The notes under the pieces: generated by a model
Database searches by the model: none
What the model saw: the letters and a program-made list of their open reading frames with translations, nothing else
What the model was told of the DNA's origin: nothing
Shown here: positions 7,289-15,996 of the stretch, piece after piece
How positions within the stretch are numbered: position 1 is the stretch's first letter
Layout: each line of letters opens with the position of its first letter
Position numbers and translations under genes: made by a program
Assembly (NCBI GenBank): GCA_902771745.1
Contig: CACXYG010000003.1
Location: forward strand, 1 to 35,124
Reading direction: 5' to 3'
DNA: 35,124 bases
Source of the DNA: an uncultured Erysipelotrichaceae bacterium
GTDB lineage: Bacteria; Bacillota_I; Bacilli_A; RFN20; CAG-288

Positions 7289-9176
7289 GGAAAGAAAGAA
7301 TACCACCCAGCAGAACACCCCGCTTTCCTTACCGGGAAGAAGAGGTGGTGGACGCTTGATGAGACAAACAGAAAAGCCGAAAGACGCAAAGAAATCTTTT
7401 GCTCGACTTTTCCGTTATATCTCTTCCTTTAAACTGCTCTTCTTCACTTTGATCATGGTTGTCATCCTATATACACTTGCCAATGTCTCAACCAACGTTG
7501 CCGTAAAAAATGTCGTTTCTTCTTTAGGTACCTTTATCAGTGATACCAACAGTTTCAAAGAAGGTTTAGAACCAAACAAAGAAGATTTCATCCTCTGGTT
7601 ATCTATCCTTGCTGGATTGCGATTGATCTATTGTGTCTTGCAATACTTGTCTTCACTCTTAGGTGCTTACTTATCTGCTAAGACTGTCAAAAAGATGAGA
7701 AACGATCTCTTTGAGAAGATTGTTCATCTTCCGATCTCCTATACTGATTCCCATCGTCATGGTGACCTGATGAGTCGTATGACCAATGATGTTGATAATA
7801 TCTCCAATACCATCTCATCTTCTATCACTTCCCTAATCAGCGGTATTCTCACCCTGATTGGTTGTCTTGCTATCATGCTCTTCTACTCACCATTACTCAC
7901 CCTGATATCTATTCTCATCCTAGGAATCACCTTAGTCGTCTCCTACCTGATATCCAAATACATCAAACCACTGTTCAAGAAACAACAAGCCGTCTTAGGT
8001 GTTCTAAACTCCGAAACAGAAGAGATGATCACTGGTTATAGAACCGTCATGGCCTATAACCATCAAGAAGCGACCATGAAGAGTTTTAATCAAACCAGTG
8101 ATGAATTGACTGCTGTTGCTATAAAAGCTCAGATTATCGCCGGTTCTATGGGACCGATCATGAACTTCATCTCCAATCTAGGCTACTTCTTGGTCTGTCT
8201 CTTTGGTGCTTTATGTGTCTATCAGAATATCGGTGGTGGTATGGCAGGTCCACTAGATGCTGCGATTGTCATCATGTTCTTAACGACAACCAAGCAGTTC
8301 AGTAGACCGATCAATGAAATCGCTCAGCTCTACGCCTCTATTCTTACCGCTTTAGCTGGTGCAGAACGTGTTTTTGCTATCTTAGACGAAAAGAGTGAAG
8401 ACTTCTCTAGCAAAGAAGAATTCAACGCTGATCAAATTCAAGGTGATATCGACTTTGAACACATCAAATTCGGTTATGAGAAAGATCGACCAGTCTTAAA
8501 AGACTTCCATGTCGATATCCACTCAGGTCATAAAATCGCCTTAGTCGGTTCTACCGGCTCTGGTAAGACGACCATCGTCAACCTCCTTCTTCGTTATTAC
8601 GATATTGATGGTGGAAGAATTCTTATCGACGGTCATGATATCTTTAATATCAGCAAAAAAGATTTACGTAGTTCTATTTCCATCGTTTTACAAGACCCAG
8701 TGTTATTCTCTGATACCATTGAAAACAACGTTCGCTATGCTAGGAAAGATGCCAGTGATGAAGAAGTAGATAAAGCGCTGAGTCTAGCAAACTGTACCGG
8801 ATTTATAAACCGTCTCCCAGACGGGAAAAAGACGCTTTTAAGCGAGGGGGCTGAAAACATCTCTCAGGGTCAAAGACAATTGATCACCATCGCCAGAGCT
8901 ATTCTCGCTGATCCGAAGATTTTAATTCTTGATGAAGCGACATCTAGCGTTGATACGAGAACCGAAAAACATATCCAGGACGCCCTTGTCGAGCTGATGA
9001 AAAATAGAACCAGCATCATCATCGCCCACCGTCTATCTACCATTGAGGATGCCGATTTGATCATCGTCTTAGACCAAGGAACGATTGTAGAGATGGGCAA
9101 CCATCAAGAACTATTAGAAAAGAAAGGTGTTTATCACTCTTTGTATCAAACGCAATTTAAAGGGTTGAAGACATAA
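7281..9176 (+). CDS. ABC exporter subunit (fused permease + ATPase), consensus-site partner of a heterodimer
   Basis: The ATG at 7281 overlaps the upstream stop by 8 nt. It has Walker A GSTGSGKTT and Walker B ILILDEATS. The signature ISQGQRQL is non-canonical, the pattern known from LmrCD/TM287-288-type heterodimers. Confidence 0.9.
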   Translation: MSEERKNTTQQNTPLSLPGRRGGGRLMRQTEKPKDAKKSFARLFRYISSFKLLFFTLIMVVILYTLANVSTNVAVKNVVSSLGTFISDTNSFKEGLEPNKEDFILWLSILAGLRLIYCVLQYLSSLLGAYLSAKTVKKMRNDLFEKIVHLPISYTDSHRHGDLMSRMTNDVDNISNTISSSITSLISGILTLIGCLAIMLFYSPLLTLISILILGITLVVSYLISKYIKPLFKKQQAVLGVLNSETEEMITGYRTVMAYNHQEATMKSFNQTSDELTAVAIKAQIIAGSMGPIMNFISNLGYFLVCLFGALCVYQNIGGGMAGPLDAAIVIMFLTTTKQFSRPINEIAQLYASILTALAGAERVFAILDEKSEDFSSKEEFNADQIQGDIDFEHIKFGYEKDRPVLKDFHVDIHSGHKIALVGSTGSGKTTIVNLLLRYYDIDGGRILIDGHDIFNISKKDLRSSISIVLQDPVLFSDTIENNVRYARKDASDEEVDKALSLANCTGFINRLPDGKKTLLSEGAENISQGQRQLITIARAILADPKILILDEATSSVDTRTEKHIQDALVELMKNRTSIIIAHRLSTIEDADLIIVLDQGTIVEMGNHQELLEKKGVYHSLYQTQFKGLKT

Positions 9177-9196
9177 GGTTTTCAACCCTTTTATTG
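9160..9196 (+). terminator. Rho-independent terminator overlapping the ABC stop codon
   Basis: 10-bp stem AAGGGTTGAA / TTCAACCCTT followed by TTATTG. Confidence 0.7.
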
Positions 9197-9288
9197 TCAA
9201 ACCATGGATAATAAAAGGCTTTCTTTCATTTTGCTGACCTATTGGGTCGACATTAGTTATATAATGATTCCGTTCAAGAGATTTTAAT

Positions 9289-10464
9289 ATGCAGAATATT
9301 ATTAAAAAGCGTTCTAACGCTCAAGATATCGTCAAAGGCTTCCTCATGATTTCGGTTGTCTTTTTCCACTCTCATTTTTTTACAGCCGAGAATCCAAATA
9401 CCTTAATAGATTCCTTTAATCTACTTTATTGTTTCTTCCCCTATTTAATGGTTGTGTTCTTCTTCTATTGTGGTTACAACTACAGACCGGGAAAAAGAAC
9501 ACCAAAAGAGAATATCATTCGTCGAAGTAAACAATTGTTGATTCCTTTATTAATTCTTTATACCGTTGGTAACTTATTACAAGCTATCATCGTCCTTGCT
9601 AGTGGTGTATCCACCATGGAAGGTGTCACCAACGCTCTTCTATATAACCTGATGTCAGAACCTCTTGCTCATATCATCGGCTTTCCTGCCAATGGTGTGA
9701 TCAATATCCATATGTTGATGACCGGTGGTATTGGCTGGTATCTATACGCTTTATGGATTACCTCTGTCATCTTCTATCTCATCGTCGATAAAGTCATTAA
9801 GAAACCAGCTACTTTAATCAGTGTCATCCTTCTATTATTGGTTATAGCCTTCTGTATGGCTCAGTTCATCGGACCTTATCTACCCTATGCTGTCAACTCT
9901 TATCCATTGATTCTAGCAATCATGCTTCTGGCAAGTTATCTTAAGCAGCATAACTTCTTGGAATTAAAAGATAACAGCAAGAGAACCATCGCCTTCAGAA
10001 TCATCAACAGCGTGATTGGTGAAGCTATCATCGTTGCTGTCTCTCTTATTTGTTACTATCAGTTCAACGCCACCCTTGTCGGTGTCTTAGCTGGTGGACA
10101 ATACAGCGATGTCATCAAAGGATTTGATGTCTTCATCGCCTTTATCTTCTGTATTCTTGGCACCTATGCAATCCATTCTCTAGCCTTAATCATCAACAAA
10201 ATTCCTGTTGTCTCTTATGTCTTAGGCTGGTTTGGCAAGAGAACTGGTGCGCTTTATATCTCTCATACGCTTCTTCTCAGTTTTATTCATATCATCATCT
10301 TTGGTAGCAATACCTTCTGGGGAGAAGGGCAAAACTTCCTCTATCTATTTATCACTTTAGCCATCTTTGCGATTATCGCTATGACAGTAGATGCTATCAA
10401 AAATAGAATCAAAAAGCCCAAAGCAGAAGAAGTGAAAAACGAAGCAAACCAAATCTCAAATTAA
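9289..10464 (+). CDS. Acyltransferase family 3 (OafA/YrhL-like) integral membrane protein
   Basis: 391 aa with about 10 TM segments. The N-terminal DIVKGFLMISVVFFHS motif is typical of acyltransferase_3. Confidence 0.75.
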   Translation: MQNIIKKRSNAQDIVKGFLMISVVFFHSHFFTAENPNTLIDSFNLLYCFFPYLMVVFFFYCGYNYRPGKRTPKENIIRRSKQLLIPLLILYTVGNLLQAIIVLASGVSTMEGVTNALLYNLMSEPLAHIIGFPANGVINIHMLMTGGIGWYLYALWITSVIFYLIVDKVIKKPATLISVILLLLVIAFCMAQFIGPYLPYAVNSYPLILAIMLLASYLKQHNFLELKDNSKRTIAFRIINSVIGEAIIVAVSLICYYQFNATLVGVLAGGQYSDVIKGFDVFIAFIFCILGTYAIHSLALIINKIPVVSYVLGWFGKRTGALYISHTLLLSFIHIIIFGSNTFWGEGQNFLYLFITLAIFAIIAMTVDAIKNRIKKPKAEEVKNEANQISN

Positions 10465-10465
10465 C

Positions 10466-10499
10466 AAAAAATCCCATTGCAAAAGGCAAGGGGATTTTT
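10466..10499. terminator. Bidirectional terminator between convergent genes
   Basis: AAAAAATCCC...GGGATTTTT with inner TTGC/GCAA pairing. There are A-runs and T-runs on both sides. Confidence 0.75.
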
Positions 10500-10530
10500 A
10501 ACATTTCTTTTAATTCTAGAACAAGTTGTC

Positions 10531-11157
10531 TTATCTGGCAGCTGTTCTTTCAAAGTTCTCATCGTTCTTGCGGATGAAGATGAAATTACATTCATCATCC
10601 CCATAACATAAGGTTTTGGTTCTCTGGAAATCGATCTTATGTAACTGACCATAGTTGATGACATCGCACTGACAGAAGAGAGGACCGAGTTTGGTGAGAT
10701 TTCTCTTCTTGAAGATCTTGGCATAGATACATTCATTGGTTTCAAAACGGAACTCATCTTTTGGTGTGTCTTTATGCCAGGTATAACGCCAGCCGATACC
10801 GCTCTTCTTTTTAAAGCCGATAGGAACAATCTTTTTGATCAGAGACCAGAACCAACCTTTTTTCGATAATTTCTGGAATTTTTCTTTGTAAGGCTGAACA
10901 AATTTGTGCATCTCGCTACCCACAGTCGTGAAGGCTTCTTCTTCGCTCATACCATGTTTTTGAAGAACTTCATAGATGGCTAACAGACAGAGAATATTGC
11001 ACATGTGTTCATAGTTACCTTTGTCACAATACTCTTGTTCTTCTTTGACCAGTTCATCTACGCGAATAAGGACTTCTTCCTGAACATTATTGTCTAATGT
11101 ATTGAAATAGGTAATCATTCTGCTTTTTGGCATCATTTTCTTTGCGACATAGTTCAT
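10531..11157 (-). CDS. L-2-amino-thiazoline-4-carboxylic acid hydrolase-like family protein (tentative)
   Basis: 208 aa. The C-terminal Cys-rich pattern FCQCDVINYG...RTKTLCYGDDECNF is remembered from ATC-hydrolase-like (Pfam-type) proteins of Firmicutes. Confidence 0.55.
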   Translation of the reverse strand: MNYVAKKMMPKSRMITYFNTLDNNVQEEVLIRVDELVKEEQEYCDKGNYEHMCNILCLLAIYEVLQKHGMSEEEAFTTVGSEMHKFVQPYKEKFQKLSKKGWFWSLIKKIVPIGFKKKSGIGWRYTWHKDTPKDEFRFETNECIYAKIFKKRNLTKLGPLFCQCDVINYGQLHKIDFQRTKTLCYGDDECNFIFIRKNDENFERTAAR

Positions 11158-11374
11158 ATAAAACGTTATCTCCCTAAATTAGATGGTTAAATTGTACTAC
11201 GTTTACATTTGTTACAGTTATAGATAACTAACTATTTTTGAATTTTTTTGCAATGTCATCATTGAATTCCGTAATGGTTGAAAGAAGGTTACAAAATTAA
11301 AATTTAGGCACATGAAAGCGCTATTAGCCCTTTAAACACATTCAAATTGTTTATTTAGGGCAGAAAGGAAAAAC

Positions 11375-11803
11375 ATGAAAAAGCTATTTCAGAACAAGGG
11401 AATCGGCTTCTATCTTGAAGCTGTTCTCGCACTACTTTCCATCGTTACAGCCATCATCTATGCTGTCAGCTATGGTAATTTCGTCAATCAGGCCACCAAT
11501 AATAAGCCTTGCATCTCGTGGGTAGGCTTCGTCTTCTTATTCGCCTGGATCGTTCTTGCCGTCGTCTTGAAGTTTACCAAGTTTGGTAAATACACTCCCT
11601 ATCTGGATATCGTCTTTATCGAATTGGCTCTCTTCTTCTATGTCTATCGCATCTACTACTATGTTTCCGTTATGGCTGCTGGTATTGATGCCTCCTTCAA
11701 CTTCACCTTCTTCTTCATCACCATCTTATTTGTTATCTTAGCCGCTATCGCTATCGCTAACTGCTTCCTTCCACAGGAAAAAGCCTCCAAGGAGAATGAC
11801 TAA
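11375..11803 (+). CDS. Small integral membrane protein, unknown function
   Basis: 142 aa with four hydrophobic segments. SD GAAAGGAAA lies upstream. Confidence 0.7.
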   Translation: MKKLFQNKGIGFYLEAVLALLSIVTAIIYAVSYGNFVNQATNNKPCISWVGFVFLFAWIVLAVVLKFTKFGKYTPYLDIVFIELALFFYVYRIYYYVSVMAAGIDASFNFTFFFITILFVILAAIAIANCFLPQEKASKEND

Positions 11804-11810
11804 TTAGAAC

Positions 11811-12035
11811 ATAATGCGTTTTCGTCACCGAAAACACATCATGCAGCATAGCTGCAGTATTTAGTTTGCTCCAGGAAGGTTGAGAACATTGATTCATGAA
11901 TATACCTGGAGACGCTTAGGCACTGTTACGCCCATACACCTCATCAGTCTCTGCCACAGACGGCAACTCTATTGTAAGTCGCCGCATATCCCATGGGATA
12001 TGCCTATGGCAGTAACCAAGGAATCATCCTGGTAT
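11811..12035. ncRNA. Candidate structured RNA element, unclassified (strand unresolved, minus slightly favoured)
   Basis: No plausible ORF. By hand count it is 45% GC, against 32% in the rest of the same intergenic region. It contains a dense set of hairpins, including a perfect 20-nt palindrome and a three-way junction. A minus-strand -35 TTCACT / 16 nt / -10 TATGAT lies at 12038-12065. Confidence 0.3.
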
Positions 12036-12324
12036 TAATCATATGAAAAGTAAATTCCTAGTGAACACAAAATGACGATGATCTTAAAACCATCGCCAAT
12101 TTTATCAATGGAAATCGAGAAAGCTATCTTCGCTTCAAAAAAATGAATTCATCTCATTTTGATGTGACGACAGGTATCATCAACTGTTGGATGAAAAACT
12201 ATCCGGAAGAATCGAGAATCGCTTTAATTCCTCAACCATTCAGGAAAAAATACAATCGATCATTCAAAACATTCAAAAGGCATTAAACCTCTTCAGTTCT
12301 TCCAATTAATATATAAAAGAATCA

Positions 12325-14208
12325 TCAGTCTTGTTGGTTTTGTCTTTCACTCGTCAACCAAGAAATTACATCTTGCGTTCGATAACCTGCGTACTCAGTA
12401 GATAAGTGATTATCAATTAAATAGAAACATGTTCCTGGAAGAAGAGAATTAAAGATATCACCTAAGATAGGGACCTGAATTTTTTGACTGATCATAACAC
12501 CAAGTTTTTGAATCTCATTACTATCCGATTCGACAGTTAAGGATCGGATATTTTTTGGTGCATAGGTAAAATAACAATCCACACCCATAATTCCTAACTC
12601 CAAATAGATAGCATTCAGAGAATCAAACATCACTTGGGTAAAGACAGTGGTAGTATATGGTGTTTCTGGTTGAGAGATTCTTTCATCTGCATCATTGTTT
12701 GGACGATAGAGAATCAAATCACCATTGATGTTATATATTTCATCATCATAATAGACATTATCATCATCGTAATGATACGCGTTATAGGAATAATCTTTGG
12801 TCGGTAAAAGATTTCTTTCTCCCTGAAAACTTCTGAATGAATTAAAGAAATCGTCATATTTAGAAATATCGATATATTGAAGACAATTAAAGTTTCCCTC
12901 AAAGAAGTAGAAGAGATTCTTTTCAAACTGAGTATCACTTCCAAACTGACAATCCAGACACCAATAATCAAACTCAGGAGAATTGATGAAGATATCCCCT
13001 GACTTGAGATAATGCTTGATGACTTCAATCTGCGGTTTGATATTCACATAGGCAAATACACCCATGTTGACGACCTTATAATCTGGATAAGCTGCTTCCA
13101 TCAAAGTAGAGTCATATCCATAACGAGTCGAAGAACCAGAAAAAAGAATGATTTTCTTTTCGTCTTTCACCATATCTAGATAATCGATCTTATTGGTAAA
13201 CGTATCATAGTATGTTCCACTGCCGACGGGTTTTCTGATGGCGTTGATATGGACTGTCTTTATATTAGAACCAGTAAAGGAAGTATCAAAGATATTCTCA
13301 AGATTATCGACAAAAGTGATCTCTTCTAAAGAAGAATTCAAAAACGCATTCGGTTTAATAAAACCGATATTCTTTGATAAATGAATCTTCTTGACACTCT
13401 TATTTTCAAACGATTGATAACCGATAGAAACAACGGGTTGTCCTTCATAAGTAGCGGGAATTACAACCTCTGTGTCATTTCCTACATAACTGGTGATCTC
13501 ATACCCTTTATGTTTCAGACTAAAAGTGAAATCCGAACTTGGACTCTCTTCAAGATACACAGGATAAAGGTCAGTGGTGTCATAAGGAACTTTGGAACCG
13601 AAGTACACATTCTCACCACTACCATCCGCTTTGGTATTCCAGCAATCGAACTGATAACCTGTCTTTTCTTTTAGATATTCATAACCATTTAACGCGTTGG
13701 TACGAAGGTGTTCACCCTTATAAGAAACCGCGATACTCTCTTCGCTTGTAGAGATAAATGAACTTGTACCAGCATGATAATTCAAGTCGATTTCTGTTAA
13801 CGGTCTTCCACTGCTGACAATAGATGATTCTTCGATAGTAGAACTGTTGTTAATAGAAGAGGATGGATGAGAAGAAGAACTATTTGGATTATCCTTTTTG
13901 TTCTCCTTCTTGGTATAGATAGAAACCACCATGGAATACTTCACATCCATAAATGTTAATGAGATATCTTGTGTTCCGCTGTTTATCACTTGATAGTTTT
14001 CATAAGAACAGGCATCAAAAAGATATCCCTCGTTCATCCTCACATGAAAGGTGGCATCACTTCCTCGTTCAATCTTCAACAGCGGTGTATCAACAACATA
14101 GCTGTCATCCGGTTCAATCATAACCTTGATTTGATCAAGAGAAGGTGATGGCTTCTGACAAGAGACCAACAATAACGGTAAGACGAAAAGAGTTCCTTTT
14201 GATTTCAT
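12325..14208 (-). CDS. Surface lipoprotein with a Listeria-Bacteroides repeat, BspA-type leucine-rich repeats and a C-terminal SGNH/DltD/AlgX-like domain (last domain tentative)
   Basis: 627 aa. The lipobox is LLLVSC, followed by a Ser-rich linker. GYQFDCWNTKADGSGENVYF is a Flg_new-type repeat and VVIPATYEGQPVVSIGYQSFEN...FIKPNAF is an LRR_5-type repeat. The C-terminal roughly 290 aa carry ILFSGSS and a late IDNHL motif. Confidence 0.7.
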   Translation of the reverse strand: MKSKGTLFVLPLLLVSCQKPSPSLDQIKVMIEPDDSYVVDTPLLKIERGSDATFHVRMNEGYLFDACSYENYQVINSGTQDISLTFMDVKYSMVVSIYTKKENKKDNPNSSSSHPSSSINNSSTIEESSIVSSGRPLTEIDLNYHAGTSSFISTSEESIAVSYKGEHLRTNALNGYEYLKEKTGYQFDCWNTKADGSGENVYFGSKVPYDTTDLYPVYLEESPSSDFTFSLKHKGYEITSYVGNDTEVVIPATYEGQPVVSIGYQSFENKSVKKIHLSKNIGFIKPNAFLNSSLEEITFVDNLENIFDTSFTGSNIKTVHINAIRKPVGSGTYYDTFTNKIDYLDMVKDEKKIILFSGSSTRYGYDSTLMEAAYPDYKVVNMGVFAYVNIKPQIEVIKHYLKSGDIFINSPEFDYWCLDCQFGSDTQFEKNLFYFFEGNFNCLQYIDISKYDDFFNSFRSFQGERNLLPTKDYSYNAYHYDDDNVYYDDEIYNINGDLILYRPNNDADERISQPETPYTTTVFTQVMFDSLNAIYLELGIMGVDCYFTYAPKNIRSLTVESDSNEIQKLGVMISQKIQVPILGDIFNSLLPGTCFYLIDNHLSTEYAGYRTQDVISWLTSERQNQQD

Positions 14209-14548
14209 TTAGAAACAATCGCTATCGTGATTATCAAATAGTGATATCCGTACTTATCTTATAATACAATGAAAGAGTTTACAATAGACAAAGACAAGGA
14301 AAGAAAACTCATTTCATAAATATAAATATTTAGATTAAATATCTATAAAAAATCCGTAATTATCGATGTTTTTTATAAAACTACAGTCATGGAAAAGAAC
14401 ATTAATCGTACTTTCATTATATGTTTTCCTAAAAATGGAGCAAAACCGTATGAAAGCCCTTTTTGTCATATAAAATGTACTTTTCGCCAAACGATTTGTT
14501 TCTCAAAGATGATTGGGTTACAATTCCATGCAAGGAGGGATTAATTCG

Positions 14549-15121
14549 ATGAGTGGTTTTTCAGGGCCAGCTAAAAAAACACGCCAGTGCATCATGAATT
14601 CTTTGGTCATTCTTATGGAAGACAAAGACTTCTCAAAGATTGCCACCGTGGATATCATTTCCAAGAGCGATGTTTCCAAAAGCACATTCTATAAGTATTT
14701 CTTTGATAAATATAACTTAGTCAATCAAATGCTTGATGATTTCATGGAACAACTCAAACTGATATTCAAAAGAGCTTATGAATCCAGATCCATCAAAAAT
14801 TTCTATTACGATTTCAGTCAATATCTCAATCACAACTACGAAAGAATCAGATGTATCTTCAAGACCAGAGATGACAATATCGACCTCAAGCAAAAGTTCC
14901 AGGATCTTGTCAGACAAGAATACCTCACTTTGAACTGTGATCGAGAATTTGATGCCGATTACTTCGCTTTGACATTCCAATGGTCTTTAGATTATCTGAT
15001 TCATCAAGAGCGTTTCATCACCATGGAAGACATAAAAAAGATTGATGAAAAGATTAATCTGTCAGGATTATTTGTCCTCAACAAGAGAAGAAACGTATTT
15101 CTTGAGCCAGCTGTTTGCTAA
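14549..15121 (+). CDS. TetR/AcrR family transcriptional regulator
   Basis: The ATG at 14549 lies 9 nt after AAGGAGGG. The N-terminal HTH is FSKIATVDIISKSDVSKSTFYKYFFDKYNL. Confidence 0.85.
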   Translation: MSGFSGPAKKTRQCIMNSLVILMEDKDFSKIATVDIISKSDVSKSTFYKYFFDKYNLVNQMLDDFMEQLKLIFKRAYESRSIKNFYYDFSQYLNHNYERIRCIFKTRDDNIDLKQKFQDLVRQEYLTLNCDREFDADYFALTFQWSLDYLIHQERFITMEDIKKIDEKINLSGLFVLNKRRNVFLEPAVC

Positions 15122-15158
15122 AAATAATGAGTGGTAAGCTCATTATTTTTTTGTTTTT
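15122..15158 (+). terminator. Rho-independent terminator of the TetR gene
   Basis: 10-bp stem AAATAATGAG / CTCATTATTT followed by a T-run. Confidence 0.8.
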
Positions 15159-15189
15159 AAATTAAACGAGAAATATCTAAATGAACGAT

Positions 15190-15219
15190 GTTTTGTGTCA
15201 GCACTGACTTTTTATCACA
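15190..15219. repeat. Composite intergenic motif, copy B (GTTTTGTGTCAGCAC-T-GACTTTTTATCACA)
   Basis: Matches copy A at 5364-5403: GTTTTGTGT and TGTCAGCAC are direct, and the 14-mer is inverted. It sits between two convergent terminators. Confidence 0.6.
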
Positions 15220-15255
15220 TCTAGCCTCTTAAAAGCTCCGAACACTCTCAGAATT

Positions 15256-15280
15256 TAAAAAGCACCTATAACAGGTGCTC
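15256..15280 (-). terminator. Rho-independent terminator of the LURP-one-like gene
   Basis: Minus strand reads AGCACCT-GTTAT-AGGTGCT followed by TTTTT. Confidence 0.8.
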
Positions 15281-15295
15281 TTATAAGTATGATCT

Positions 15296-15811
15296 TTAAT
15301 CAGAAGAACCAAAGGAAATGGATGAGCTTTCACTATCTTTTCTATCAGTAATATTATCAATAGCAATGACTAAGGCAACAAACATTGCTGGATCATAATC
15401 ATCATCCAATGTTAAAACAAAGGAATCTCTTAAAGATATTCTTCTTGCCACATGGCCGATTTCCTTACCATTTAAAGTAATAGAATAATCGAACTGTAAA
15501 ATGTTACCTCTGATCTGTAAATCACCTAAGGAAGAAGTTACAAAATAATGATCGTGCAAAGAGAAGATTTTTCTTCTGACCATGGCAACTTGTTTGCCAT
15601 CAGCATCATAAATCAACGCTTTTCTTTGGAATATTCTCCAAAACTTATTTCTGATAACAAATTTTGTTACATGGTCTAAACCTTCTAAAAACTTCTTTCT
15701 GGTAAAGGAAAAAACTCTTCCTTTCACAAAAAATACATCGTTACCATTTACATCCTGAACTGTTGATGAACCACCAAAGGATATCCACTTATTCTTAATT
15801 AAAAGCTCCAT
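15296..15811 (-). CDS. LURP-one-related / YxjI (tubby C-terminal-like) family protein
   Basis: The ATG at 15811 lies 4 nt after AGGAGGAATT; the longer ORF-track start at 15880 lacks an SD. The sequence LLIKNKWISFGGSSTVQDVNGNDVFFVKGRVFSFTRK matches the LURP-one/DUF567 pattern. Confidence 0.8.
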   Translation of the reverse strand: MELLIKNKWISFGGSSTVQDVNGNDVFFVKGRVFSFTRKKFLEGLDHVTKFVIRNKFWRIFQRKALIYDADGKQVAMVRRKIFSLHDHYFVTSSLGDLQIRGNILQFDYSITLNGKEIGHVARRISLRDSFVLTLDDDYDPAMFVALVIAIDNITDRKDSESSSISFGSSD

Positions 15812-15996
15812 AATTCCTCCTGTAACATTTTGCTTTCTTTGATTATAGAACATAAGCGTTTTTTTACAAAGCTTTTCCAATTTGTTAACTCAAAATTATC
15901 ATTTTATCCAGAACACTTTAGAAACACAGAATAACAAAGGCTTCAAAAAACGCTCCTTATATACCCCAAAGTGCATAACAAGAAGCGTTTAGCTAT

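Noticed and set aside
5519-9176. Asymmetric ATP sites of the ABC exporter pair as something novel
   Set aside because: A Walker B Asp-for-Glu in one subunit combined with a non-canonical signature in the partner is the well-known degenerate-site arrangement of heterodimeric bacterial exporters. It is recorded as feature evidence only.
10461-10829. 122-aa minus-strand ORF overlapping the ATC-hydrolase-like gene in another frame
   Set aside because: It shares the strand but sits in an alternative frame of a better-supported 208-aa CDS. It runs through the bidirectional terminator and has no recognisable features. The many other 60-117-aa ORFs nested in larger genes (for example 670-858, 819-1121, 2073-2417, 3157-3510, 13381-13674, 26151-26477, 34126-34371) are rejected for the same reasons.
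11940-11947. CUGAUGAG on the minus strand inside the candidate ncRNA (hammerhead ribozyme core?)
   Set aside because: The sequence following it lacks a stem II closed by GAAA, and there is no stem III or cleavage-site arrangement. The single heptamer is insufficient.
11811-12035. Housekeeping RNAs (SRP/4.5S, tmRNA, RNase P, 6S) as the identity of the structured element
   Set aside because: There is no GGAA/GNRA-capped SRP domain IV with AGCA symmetric-loop context. There is no GGGG...CCACCA tRNA-like ends or tag ORF, and no GAGGAAAGUCC or other RNase P universal blocks. The multi-hairpin layout is also unlike the long 6S duplex. A covariance-model scan is still needed.
14326-14342. ATATTTA-GAT-TAAATAT palindrome upstream of the TetR gene as an operator
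   Set aside because: It is pure A/T sequence in a 340-bp AT-rich divergent region. Such palindromes arise readily by chance, and it has no second copy or GC-anchored core.
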